Below are positions 45,610 to 56,983 of a DNA stretch of 64,000 bases, piece after piece; within the stretch, counting starts at the first letter, position 1; each line of letters begins with the position of its first letter. Source of the stretch: Mycobacteriales bacterium (GTDB lineage: Bacteria > Actinomycetota > Actinomycetes > Mycobacteriales > Mycobacteriaceae); assembly GCA_038256175.1 (NCBI GenBank), contig JBBSKP010000001.1:15657-79656 (forward strand), given 5' to 3'. The position numbers and the translations under genes are program-made. The notes under the pieces are model-generated. The model was given only the letters and a program-made list of their open reading frames with translations, made no database searches and had not been told where the DNA came from.

Positions 45610-47037
45610 CTAACGACGTCGGAAAAGGCCCTTCGCACGCTGCTCTTTGAGAGCCGCGCCCGCATGCGCCTTCTGCTCTTTCAACGCAGCACCGGCGTGC
45701 GCCTTCTGCTCCTTCAGAGCTGCACCCGCATGCTCCTTCTGCTCTTTGAGAGCCGCCTTGCCCTTGGCCTTCTGCTCCTTGAGAGCGGCCTTTGCTTCGG
45801 CTTTCTTCTCGTTCAGCGCAGCCTTGGCCTCGTCGATCGCCGATCTAAGCCCGCGCCGCTCACCGGTCACAGGATCGATTCGCAATGCGGTCACCGTGTC
45901 GGACAGGTGGGCAAACCGTCGCTCGGACGATGTCTCGGGCGCGTCATCAGCCGTGCGCTTGAGGAAGCGGTCCGGAAGCGCCAACTTGTGGATCGTCCGG
46001 AACGCGAGCAAGTACTGCTTGCCGAGCGAGCCGGTCGTGTACGGCAAGTCGTACTTGTCGCACAACGCCTCTACACGCACCGCGATCTCGGCGTAGCGAT
46101 TGCTCGGCAGGTCCGGGAACAGGTGGTGCTCGATCTGGTAGCTGAGATTGCCGCTCATGAACGCCATGACAGGACCGGACTCGAAGTTCGCACTGCCCAG
46201 CATCTGGCGCAGGTACCACTCGGCGCGAGTCTCGTTCTCGAAGTGCTCGACGGTGAACTTCTCGGCACCGTCGGGGAAGTGACCACAGAAGATCACCGCG
46301 TACGCCCACAGGTTGCGCGCGAGGTTCGCCGTCGCGTTGGCCGTCAGTGTCGACTTCCACGCCGGGCCGGTCAGTGCCGGGTAGATGACGAAGTCCTTGG
46401 TCATCTGCTTGGCGATCTTTCGATAGAACTCTTTGTTGGGTTCGGAGAAGTGCGCCTTCTGGTCGACGCCCAAGAGTTCCTTCTGCTTGCCCAGGTCGTG
46501 CAGCGCGATGCCCCACTCGAAGGTTGCGGCCAGCAGCAAGTTGGCGACTGGCTGAGCAAGGTTGATCGGTCGCCACTGCTCGTCGCGGGTCATGCGCAGA
46601 ATGCCGAAGCCGATATCGTCGTCCATCCCGACGATGTTCGTATACATGTGATGGGAGTAGTTGTGGGCGCGCTTCCATTGCGACGACGGCCCGACCTGAT
46701 CCCATTCCCATGATGACGAGTGGATCTCCGGATCGTTCATCCAGTCCCACTGGCCATGGTTGACGTTGTGGCCGAGCTCCATGTTCTCGACCATCTTCGC
46801 AATCGCGAGCATCGCCGTTCCCGCGATCCACGCCGGGCGATACTTGCTGCCGAACAATGTCAGCCGGCCCGCGATCTCGAGTGCGCGCTGAAACCTGATC
46901 GTGCGCCTGATGTACTTCGCGTCCCGGATTCCCCGCGACTCTTCGACATCCCGGCGGATAGCGTCGAGTTCACGCCCGAGGGCCTCGACGTCCGCATCGG
47001 TTAAGTGGGTGAACTGCTTGATGTCGGTGATTGCCAC
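45610..47037 (-). CDS. membrane desaturase (DesA3-type, paralog 2) with repeat-containing C-terminal extension
   Basis: 475-aa ORF with His boxes HNVNHGQWDW, HNYSHHMYTN and QIEHHLFPD. GTG start after GGAGGA. A ~70-aa tail of 11-mers. Confidence 0.9.
   Translation of the reverse strand: MAITDIKQFTHLTDADVEALGRELDAIRRDVEESRGIRDAKYIRRTIRFQRALEIAGRLTLFGSKYRPAWIAGTAMLAIAKMVENMELGHNVNHGQWDWMNDPEIHSSSWEWDQVGPSSQWKRAHNYSHHMYTNIVGMDDDIGFGILRMTRDEQWRPINLAQPVANLLLAATFEWGIALHDLGKQKELLGVDQKAHFSEPNKEFYRKIAKQMTKDFVIYPALTGPAWKSTLTANATANLARNLWAYAVIFCGHFPDGAEKFTVEHFENETRAEWYLRQMLGSANFESGPVMAFMSGNLSYQIEHHLFPDLPSNRYAEIAVRVEALCDKYDLPYTTGSLGKQYLLAFRTIHKLALPDRFLKRTADDAPETSSERRFAHLSDTVTALRIDPVTGERRGLRSAIDEAKAALNEKKAEAKAALKEQKAKGKAALKEQKEHAGAALKEQKAHAGAALKEQKAHAGAALKEQRAKGLFRRR
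45640..45837 (-). repeat. six tandem 33-bp units encoding 11-residue repeats (consensus KAxAxAALKEQ)
   Basis: Units begin at 45640, 45673, 45706, 45739, 45772 and 45805. The two 3'-most encode an identical peptide with six synonymous differences. Confidence 0.9.
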
Positions 47038-47097
47038 CGGGTCCTCCGATTACTTGCGTTTTGTTCACGGTAACCCGTGCAGATGAACAACGGTGTG

Positions 47098-48213
47098 CTA
47101 CAGATCGAGCGTGCAGTCACCGGCGGCCGCAGAAATGCAGGTTTGAATACGGTCGCCCTCGCGGCGTTCCTCACCGGAACGCAAGTCGCGCACATGCCCC
47201 TTGGTCAGCGGGACAACACAGGTCTGGCAGATACCCATGCGGCAACCGAAGGGCATCTGGACGCCCAGCGACTCGCCGGCCTGCAACAGGCTCGTCGCAC
47301 CGTCGACTTCGGCGGTCCGTCCCGTCTTTGCGAACGTGACCGTCCCACCCTGGCCGGATGTGTCGGCACGTGCGATTTCGAAACGCTCGAGATGCAGCCG
47401 ATCGCTGAGCTGCTGGGTGCGCCAGGTCTGCTCGATCTCGTCGAGCATCGGAAGCGGTCCGCACGCCCAGGTGTGCCGCTCACGCCAGTCGGGATACAGC
47501 TCGTCGAGTGACGCGAGCGAGAACTTGCCCGCGGTCCGCGTCAGCTGGATGTGACTGCGGAAGGCGCTGTGCTCCGCCGCAAGCTCGCCCAGCTCAGTGG
47601 CGAACATCACATCGTCCATGGTGGGTGCGGAATGCACGTGGACGACGTCGGGCAGCTGCCCACGCCGCTTCATCGTCCGCAACATCGCCATGACCGGCGT
47701 GATACCGCTGCCGGCGGTCAGGAACAGAACCTTGGCGGGCGGCGGGTTGGGTAGTGCGAAGTCGCCCTTCGGCGCCGCCAGTCGCACGATGGTGCCCGAC
47801 GGCACACCACCCACGATGTGGCTGGACAGGAAACCCTCGGGCATCGCCTTCACGGCGATCGAGATGCGTTTGTTCTCCCAGTTGGGTGGCGACGTCAGTG
47901 AATACGACCGCCAATGCCAGCGACCGTCGATATGCAATCCGATGCCGATGTACTGCCCCGGTTCGTAATTGAAATCGAAGCCCCAGCCCGGCTTGATGAC
48001 AAGCGTCGCCGAATCAACGGTCTCCTTGCGGACCTCGACGATCTGCCCGCGAAGCTCGCGCGCCGACCACAATGGGTTCGCGAGATGCAGGTAATCGTCC
48101 GGAAGCAGCGGCGTGGTGATCCGAGCGACCGCTCCGCGGAGGAGGTTGAGGCGGGGCCGACGCGGGGCCGCAATATCTGCGGCTGGCGCCTCCAGCCAGT
48201 TCTTCAAACCCAT
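47098..48213 (-). CDS. ferredoxin-NAD(P) reductase-type oxidoreductase with C-terminal 2Fe-2S domain (Rv3230c-like desaturase partner)
   Basis: FAD motif [11 protein letters not shown] motif LTAGSGITP, and plant-type ferredoxin Cys CRMGICQTC...C. ATG 48213 is preferred over the track's TTG 48216. Confidence 0.85.
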   Translation of the reverse strand: MGLKNWLEAPAADIAAPRRPRLNLLRGAVARITTPLLPDDYLHLANPLWSARELRGQIVEVRKETVDSATLVIKPGWGFDFNYEPGQYIGIGLHIDGRWHWRSYSLTSPPNWENKRISIAVKAMPEGFLSSHIVGGVPSGTIVRLAAPKGDFALPNPPPAKVLFLTAGSGITPVMAMLRTMKRRGQLPDVVHVHSAPTMDDVMFATELGELAAEHSAFRSHIQLTRTAGKFSLASLDELYPDWRERHTWACGPLPMLDEIEQTWRTQQLSDRLHLERFEIARADTSGQGGTVTFAKTGRTAEVDGATSLLQAGESLGVQMPFGCRMGICQTCVVPLTKGHVRDLRSGEERREGDRIQTCISAAAGDCTLDL

Positions 48214-48246
48214 CAACCGTTCCCATCCGTCAGCCTTAGAATACGC

Positions 48247-48282
48247 CCTAGGTTACGGGATCGTAAGTTACTCGTAAGTAGT
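48247..48282 (-). promoter_or_regulatory. repeat array upstream of the reductase: three direct repeats with the same 15/11 spacing as at 45563
   Basis: + strand: CCTAGGTTAC (48247), CGTAAGTTAC (48262), CGTAAGTAGT (48273). 26/36 identity to 45563..45598. Confidence 0.45.
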
Positions 48283-48294
48283 TTTTAGCTGGGC

Positions 48295-48819
48295 CTACAA
48301 CAGCTCCAGCAAAAAAGGTAGCTCTTGCTTCGCATACCAAGCGAGCTCATGATCCTCGGCGTCGCCGAGCACGAACTCGGCATCGGTATCGCCCAGATCC
48401 GCCTGGTCGACCACGTCGATCGCCTTCTCGATGGTCGACTCTGCCTCTGCCAGGTCGACGTGTGCCGATGCGATCTGGTCGTAGGTGATCGAACCCGTGA
48501 GACGGACGACGGCATCGTCGAGATCGGGGCGAAGCTTCACATCCTCGACGTCGGCAGCAATCACCGCACGGCGACGAACAGGTTCACCCTCGGCGTCGTG
48601 CGCATCGCCGCCGTCCGCGGTCTCCGACGCCAGCAAACGCAGCGACGCGCGCGCGGCTTCCGCCATCGCAACCTCGGCTAGCTCGTCGTCGTCGCCGGAG
48701 GAGTAGGCCTCACGCAACGCGGGCGTGATCGCGAACGCCGTTCCGTTCACCGGCCGCATCTCTCGCTCGGCAACCAACTGCCGCAGCATCCGGATCGTCG
48801 CAGGAACGTACACCCTCAT
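48295..48819 (-). CDS. conserved hypothetical acidic protein
   Basis: 174-aa Asp/Glu-rich ORF, 12 nt downstream of the WS/DGAT stop (likely co-transcribed). No motif recognised. Confidence 0.55.
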   Translation of the reverse strand: MRVYVPATIRMLRQLVAEREMRPVNGTAFAITPALREAYSSGDDDELAEVAMAEAARASLRLLASETADGGDAHDAEGEPVRRRAVIAADVEDVKLRPDLDDAVVRLTGSITYDQIASAHVDLAEAESTIEKAIDVVDQADLGDTDAEFVLGDAEDHELAWYAKQELPFLLELL

Positions 48820-48831
48820 GAGGCGCTCCGG

Positions 48832-50232
48832 TCAGGCACAAGCATTGAGCAATTCCTCCATCGACTCGTACAACAAAGCTGTCATCACCTCGACGTCGGC
48901 CATCGCTTCACGATCGGCATTCAGACCGTAGAAGACCTTGCCGTCGTAGGACGTCAGACCGATGCTCAGCGCCTGATTCTTCAGCAAGGGCGAAACCGGG
49001 AACATCTCCAACATGCGCGCGCCACCGATGAACATCGGAACCTGCGGCCCTGGCGCGTTGGTGATCAGCAGGTTGAAGGCGCGCTGCGTGAATACGCTCG
49101 CCGCGCGAACACTCATGGCGTGCAGGCTCGCCGGCGCGAAACCGGACAGCCGGACCAAGGTGCGCGCGGTGACGCTGCGACTGTCGCGGCCGTGTGCTTC
49201 GGTGGCGTGCGCGATGTGCGAGAGCCGAATGACCGGATTCGGTTCACCGACCGGAAGGTCGATCATGAACGAGGACAGCTCGCTCGCCAATCGCCCCGGC
49301 TGCCCCGCGTCGTCGGCACCGTAAACCGACATCGGGACGAACGCTCGCACCGTGGTGTAGGCGGTCACCGGCTCGCCTCGCGAGAACAACCAGTTCCGTA
49401 GCGCACCGGTCACCACCGCCAGGATCGCGTCGTTGATCGAACAACCGACGTGCGCGCGGATCTTGCGGTAATCCTCCAAGTCCGTCTTTGCGACGTCGAA
49501 TCTCCGGTTGCGCGAGATCGGCGCGTTCAGCGGACTGGTCGGTGCGCTGCGCGTCGCCGTGTGCAGTCCAGCCGCGACCCGACCGAAGATCTTGGCAGCC
49601 GCACTCATAGCGGACGTGATGTCTACGGCCGCACGCCGAAACACCTCGACGCTCTCCTGCGGCCGCGACACGATCTCTGCAAGCGCACCCAACGCCAGCA
49701 TCGCGTCGTTCGGCTCGTCATCGGGCGCCCAGAGGTCGTCTGCGACCTCCCGCGGAGTGTGGCCGACATCGAGGATCACATGCCCGATTTCGAGCGCCTC
49801 ATCGCCATCGACGAGAGCGGAGTGCGACTTGGTGAAGATCGCGCAGCGATTGTCTGCCAAGCCTTCCACCAGATACATCTCCCACAGCGGCAGCGACCGA
49901 TCGAGCGGCCGGGACGACAAGCGCGCAACAAGCTCGTGAAGCTGCTCGTCGGAGCCCGGCTTCGGGAGGGCCGATCGCCGAATGTGGTACGTGATGTCGA
50001 AGTCCCGATCGTCGACCCAGATCGGGCGCGCCAGACCGAGCGGCACCTCGCGCACCTTCTGCCGGTAGCGCGGAACCAAGCAAAGCCGGCGGCCCACGAT
50101 GTCGAGCAGCTTCTCGTAATCGAGCTCGCCATCGGAGTTGTCCAGTATCGCGAGCGAGCCGATATGCATCGGCGAACTGCTTGTCTCCGATGCATAGAAC
50201 GTCGCGTCTTGTGGCGTCAACCTTGTGACCAT
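48832..50232 (-). CDS. wax ester synthase/diacylglycerol acyltransferase (WS/DGAT) family protein with variant active-site motif
   Basis: 466-aa ORF with N-terminal LTPQDATFY, PLWEMYLVEGL, the active-site region as KSHSALVDG, and C-terminal LITNAPGPQVP. Strong GGAGGGGAG upstream. Confidence 0.85.
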   Translation of the reverse strand: MVTRLTPQDATFYASETSSSPMHIGSLAILDNSDGELDYEKLLDIVGRRLCLVPRYRQKVREVPLGLARPIWVDDRDFDITYHIRRSALPKPGSDEQLHELVARLSSRPLDRSLPLWEMYLVEGLADNRCAIFTKSHSALVDGDEALEIGHVILDVGHTPREVADDLWAPDDEPNDAMLALGALAEIVSRPQESVEVFRRAAVDITSAMSAAAKIFGRVAAGLHTATRSAPTSPLNAPISRNRRFDVAKTDLEDYRKIRAHVGCSINDAILAVVTGALRNWLFSRGEPVTAYTTVRAFVPMSVYGADDAGQPGRLASELSSFMIDLPVGEPNPVIRLSHIAHATEAHGRDSRSVTARTLVRLSGFAPASLHAMSVRAASVFTQRAFNLLITNAPGPQVPMFIGGARMLEMFPVSPLLKNQALSIGLTSYDGKVFYGLNADREAMADVEVMTALLYESMEELLNACA

Positions 50233-50343
50233 CGGTGCCTGGTGCTCCCCTCCTGCGTTATCGCCTGACCAAACCTTATGGGTGTGCGGCGAAGTAGGCG
50301 ATACCGATCACCGTAAAGCCAGCGCAATTCGCAGATCCATGCA

Positions 50344-50877
50344 ATGCTGACCGCAGCCGAGGGGGGCTCGGATCCGGCACGCCATGGAGTCACGATGAAT
50401 CACGCTCGACCATTCCTTTCGCGACCACCGCAATGTGAGCCACCACTCGGCGATGCACCGCTCGCGTACGTCCGGCCGTCGCAGGCGCCGAGGCGGACAC
50501 CACACAGCGGCCGCTCCAGCTCGTCCGCGATCGACCACGGGCACATCGAAATTCATTCTGCCGCAAGGCAATTCACTGAGCAGGCGCTTCGGCGGACGTT
50601 GGAGGTGCTCGATCGCCGGCGCCCGCACACGCAATTGAAGGCGATGCTCGAACCGGCGCTTGTCGACATGATGCGGGTTCTCTCCACCGCGCCCCGCGTA
50701 GGCCGCGAACTCGGCGCCGCATCGCTCGAACGCGTGCATCTGCGGATCCTCGATACGGAGACGGCAGACTTCTTCGGCAGTTACACCCGGCGCGAACGGG
50801 TATTCGCCGTCGCCGGCCGGGTCGCGCGTCGACCGGACATTGCAGGCTGGCGAGTCGTCGCACTGCAACTCGGCTGA
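50344..50877 (+). CDS. Rv3235-family protein (Ala/Arg/Pro-rich)
   Basis: ...ALRRTLEVLDRRRPHTQLKAML... fits the family core (EVL.G.RP..QL). Position is divergent from secA. An equally long ORF on the opposite strand makes strand and start less certain. Confidence 0.55.
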   Translation: MLTAAEGGSDPARHGVTMNHARPFLSRPPQCEPPLGDAPLAYVRPSQAPRRTPHSGRSSSSAIDHGHIEIHSAARQFTEQALRRTLEVLDRRRPHTQLKAMLEPALVDMMRVLSTAPRVGRELGAASLERVHLRILDTETADFFGSYTRRERVFAVAGRVARRPDIAGWRVVALQLG

Positions 50878-50910
50878 GGAGAGGCTCGGCACGCCGGCCG
50901 AACCTCTCCT
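50877..50910. terminator. hairpin between the Rv3235-like gene and secA
   Basis: aggagagg (50877..50884) pairs with cctctcct (50903..50910), with a GC-rich 18-nt loop. Confidence 0.35.
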
Positions 50911-50932
50911 GCGCCGATTAATCAGGCTACGG

Positions 50933-53785
<2,853 letters not shown>

Positions 53786-53951
53786 GGTTTTATTCGTCCT
53801 CAATCTTCGGCGTCAGTAACGGCTCTCGAGCACGAGAGCATGGCGGACCGCCATCTCCTCGGCCCTAGCGGACCAAGGAGTGTCGATCCAAGCGTTGTCC
53901 ATGGTATGCGCAGAAGACGAAGAGCGAGCAAGCCGCGGTCGCCATGCGCGG

Positions 53952-55337
53952 ATGCATATACTGACGAGAGTGCATGAATCTCAGCTTTCCCTCCATGATG
54001 CAGCCAACTATTACGTTGCTCGCACAGGATGGATTACCGACTGGATGATGTTCTGGGTGTTCGACGCCGCGGACGGCGCACCGCCGAGTCGCGGCGAGAT
54101 TGCCGACCAGTTTTGTGCGCGCACCCAGCTGTTCGAGCAAATGAATCGGCGAATCGCCGACGTCCCAGGCAACGTGGATTATCCGTATTGGATCACCGAC
54201 GGCTCGGAAGTCCTTGACCATATCGAATTCCAGGACGATGGCAAAGAGCTGACTTGGCCAAACTGCACCCGCAGGATCGGCACTTTGCTCGGCATTCCAT
54301 TGGACGCCCGGATCAAGGCGTGGCGCGTCACCGTGTTCCCGTCAGTCCGAGATATCCCGACCCTCGCCGGCGTCGGCACCGTTGTCGTCCTAAAGGTGAG
54401 CCATGCGCTGATGGTCGGCAGCGCGATGTCCTCGGTGTCGAGTGCGATGTTCGGTGCTCAGGCTGAACCCGTCGTCGTCGAAGGTCTCGGACCGACTGCC
54501 ACGCCATTCAACCCGATCGCCGCAACCGCGCACGGCATTGCACGAATCCCCGTCCAGATCCAGCGATTTGTGGCAGAGAACAGAAGACAAACGACCGCAC
54601 CGCGACGAGGCGACGACCTGGCATCGCACATTCATCCGACTCGTACCCCGACCTTGTTCAACCGGCATCCTGGCGATGAGCGCGCGATGCGGACCTTTCG
54701 CCTCGATCTCCGAGAGTGGCGAAGGCCCGGGATGACGGTGACCGCAGCCGGTCTGACAGCCATTGCCGAAGCAATGCAGCAGTACCTGGAGAGTGTCGGC
54801 GAAGCCTGTCCGGAAGAGTTGACGTGCTCTGCTTCGGTCGCCGTCTCCGGTGCCGAAGCAATGGGGGTCAACAGAATCGCGGTCGCGGTAGTGGCATTGA
54901 ATCCGCGTATAGAGTCACTCGCCGATCGCGCACGAGCTGTCCAAGCATCACTCGAGGCGAGCAAGAAATTCGCGGAAAGTCCAGCGAATCTCAACCGAGA
55001 ACCTGTTGCAAGCACCATTCCGTACGCGTACTACCGAGCCATGTCAGCACTCGAGAGGCGGAGGGCGGCTCCGCAACCACTTCTGGCAAACAGCATCTTG
55101 ACGAGCATCAAATGCGCGGAATCGGTTGAGCTGTCGCTGTGCGGACGTCCACTTGCGATGAATGGGATGGTCCCCGCACTGGGCCGCAATATTGCGTTGG
55201 CTCATTCGATGGTCGGTGTTGGCGACATTCTCACCGTGTCGGTCTTGTGCAGCCCGTCCGTCGTCGAAGAGGCCGATCGATATGCGGAGCTTCTCGAGCA
55301 GGCGTTCACAAACGTAGGCGCCGCCTTGCGTGCCTGA
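53952..55337 (+). CDS. divergent WS/DGAT-family homolog with degenerate catalytic motif
   Basis: Colinear with WS/DGAT landmarks: QLSLHDAANYY, NVDYPYWITDGSEVLDHIEF, AWRVTVF, the active-site region as KVSHALMVG, and C-terminal ANSILTSIKCAES...ALAHSMVGVGDILTVSV. The first ~300 bp look lower in GC. Start ATG 53952 is preferred to 53880. Confidence 0.6.
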   Translation: MHILTRVHESQLSLHDAANYYVARTGWITDWMMFWVFDAADGAPPSRGEIADQFCARTQLFEQMNRRIADVPGNVDYPYWITDGSEVLDHIEFQDDGKELTWPNCTRRIGTLLGIPLDARIKAWRVTVFPSVRDIPTLAGVGTVVVLKVSHALMVGSAMSSVSSAMFGAQAEPVVVEGLGPTATPFNPIAATAHGIARIPVQIQRFVAENRRQTTAPRRGDDLASHIHPTRTPTLFNRHPGDERAMRTFRLDLREWRRPGMTVTAAGLTAIAEAMQQYLESVGEACPEELTCSASVAVSGAEAMGVNRIAVAVVALNPRIESLADRARAVQASLEASKKFAESPANLNREPVASTIPYAYYRAMSALERRRAAPQPLLANSILTSIKCAESVELSLCGRPLAMNGMVPALGRNIALAHSMVGVGDILTVSVLCSPSVVEEADRYAELLEQAFTNVGAALRA

Positions 55338-55393
55338 ATCGACATACGTACGCCGCGGCAGTCGGTTTGACTGGCCGCGGCGAACGTGTCGAT
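55338..55393. terminator. long bidirectional hairpin between the WS/DGAT-like gene and hpf
   Basis: Inner stem cgccgcggcagtc / gactggccgcggcg (one bulge) with loop ggttt. Outer pairing atcgaca / tgtcgat. Confidence 0.55.
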
Positions 55394-55407
55394 AGTGCGT
55401 GCTTCGG

Positions 55408-56094
55408 CTAGGCGAGCCGGATGAGGCCGTAGTCGAATGCGTGGCGCCGATAAACGACCGATGGTCGGTCGCTAGCGCTGTCGTGGAATAGGAAGAAGTC
55501 GTGCCCGACCAGTTCCATTTGGTAGAGGGCGTCGTCGACCGACATTGCCGCGGCCGAGTGCACCTTGGTACGGACGATCCGTCCGGGGCCGGCGTCGATA
55601 TCTTGCATATCTTGGTCAGATTGCGAGGATTGCGCCTCGGCGGCCTTCGAGATCGCTTCGACCTCGACCAGTGCCGCGGTCGCTTGGGCTACCGATACCG
55701 GCGTCTTTTCGCCGTAATGGACCTTCCTGCGGTCCTTGGTCCTGCGCAGCCGATTCTCCAATTTGGCTGTCACCGATTCGAGGGCGGCGTAGAAGCTGTC
55801 GGCGCAGGCTTCGGCGCGAACGACCGGGCCCTTACCGCGTGCAGTGATTTCTACGCGCTGGCAGTTCTTGCGCTGCCTGCGATTGCGTTCATGGAACAGC
55901 TCGACGTCGAATAGATAGATCGACGGATCAAAGCGTTCGAGCCGAGATAGCTTCTCGGACACGTAGATTCGGAAATGGTCAGGCACTTCGACATTGCGGC
56001 CTTTGACAACGATGTCGGCGTGGGGATGTTCTGGCTGTGCAGCTTGATCTCCCGTGCTCTCGTCGAAAACCGAAGATTGTGAAGCGGTCGTCAC
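55408..56094 (-). CDS. hpf: long-form ribosome hibernation promoting factor
   Basis: Start trimmed to GTG 56094 after GGGAGG. VKGRNVEVPDHFRIYVSEKL... and C-terminal dimerisation domain HDFFLFHDSASDRPSVVYRR. Confidence 0.85.
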   Translation of the reverse strand: MTTASQSSVFDESTGDQAAQPEHPHADIVVKGRNVEVPDHFRIYVSEKLSRLERFDPSIYLFDVELFHERNRRQRKNCQRVEITARGKGPVVRAEACADSFYAALESVTAKLENRLRRTKDRRKVHYGEKTPVSVAQATAALVEVEAISKAAEAQSSQSDQDMQDIDAGPGRIVRTKVHSAAAMSVDDALYQMELVGHDFFLFHDSASDRPSVVYRRHAFDYGLIRLA

Positions 56095-56287
56095 GCGTAC
56101 CTCCCGATTCAGGCCGCCTCCGATGCGGATGCGGCGATCTTGAACGTGCCGAGAGGGGAACCGCCCGGCACCAGGGTCCGAGGCACCACCTCCAAACCTG
56201 TTACTTCGGGTGTTCTCGCGACGGTAGTACGTCACGCGGATGTGTGCCAGTGTTCACGCAATTTCGTTTGTCGGCGCGTCTGAAGTG

Positions 56288-56944
56288 TTACGCCGCGGCG
56301 ATCACCAGCACCGCACTGACGGTCAAACCGATGCCCGCCAAACTACGCACCGACTCCGCCGCCGTGGCCCCGGTAGTCAAAACGTCATCTACCAGAACCA
56401 CATTCGTCCCATCGGGCCATAATCCGCGCGGCGCCGTTGCGATCAGGCGGCCTGAAAGATTCTCGCGCCGCTGCTGCGCCGACAAACCAACCGAATCCCG
56501 CGCTCCCCTGCCTGCGGCGAGCACGCGTGCGACGTCGCAACGGCGGACAACATCCGCCGCGGCAAGCGCTGCGCGGGTGACCGGATCTCCGCCGCGGACC
56601 CGAGCTGCCCGCGCACGCGTCGGAGCGGGCACCAGCAGCAGCGGCGCCAACTCCGGTGGGTCGAGTTCACCCCAGCGTCGAAGATGGCTTACCGCGACCC
56701 CCAGGGCAGTTCCGAGCGGACCGGAGAGGTCGCGGCGGCCGCGCTCCTTGGCCGCAATAACGGCGCGCCGCCGCGGGCCCGAGTAGCTGCCCAATGCCCA
56801 GCAGGGAACACCCGGATCGACGCGCGGCGCGACTGGGATCGGCTCGACCTCGAGCGCCGCCCGACACGCGCCACACCACGCGCTACCAGGCGCAGCGCAG
56901 CCGCCGCATTCGAGCGGCAGGATGAGATCGAGGAGTGTCCGCAT
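56288..56944 (-). CDS. ComF-family phosphoribosyltransferase-domain protein
   Basis: N-terminal Cys4 LPLECGGCAAPGSAWCGACR and PRTase loop VVLVDDVLTTGATAAE. Confidence 0.75.
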   Translation of the reverse strand: MRTLLDLILPLECGGCAAPGSAWCGACRAALEVEPIPVAPRVDPGVPCWALGSYSGPRRRAVIAAKERGRRDLSGPLGTALGVAVSHLRRWGELDPPELAPLLLVPAPTRARAARVRGGDPVTRAALAAADVVRRCDVARVLAAGRGARDSVGLSAQQRRENLSGRLIATAPRGLWPDGTNVVLVDDVLTTGATAAESVRSLAGIGLTVSAVLVIAAA

Positions 56945-56983
56945 CCCGGCAGTGTGTACTGGACCTCCGACACACGCCGTCGG

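Noticed and set aside
50308-50892. 194-aa minus-strand ORF overlapping the Rv3235-like gene
   Set aside because: The + strand product carries the family-like core EVLDRRRPHTQL. The minus-strand product has no recognisable feature. Strand choice remains only moderately certain.
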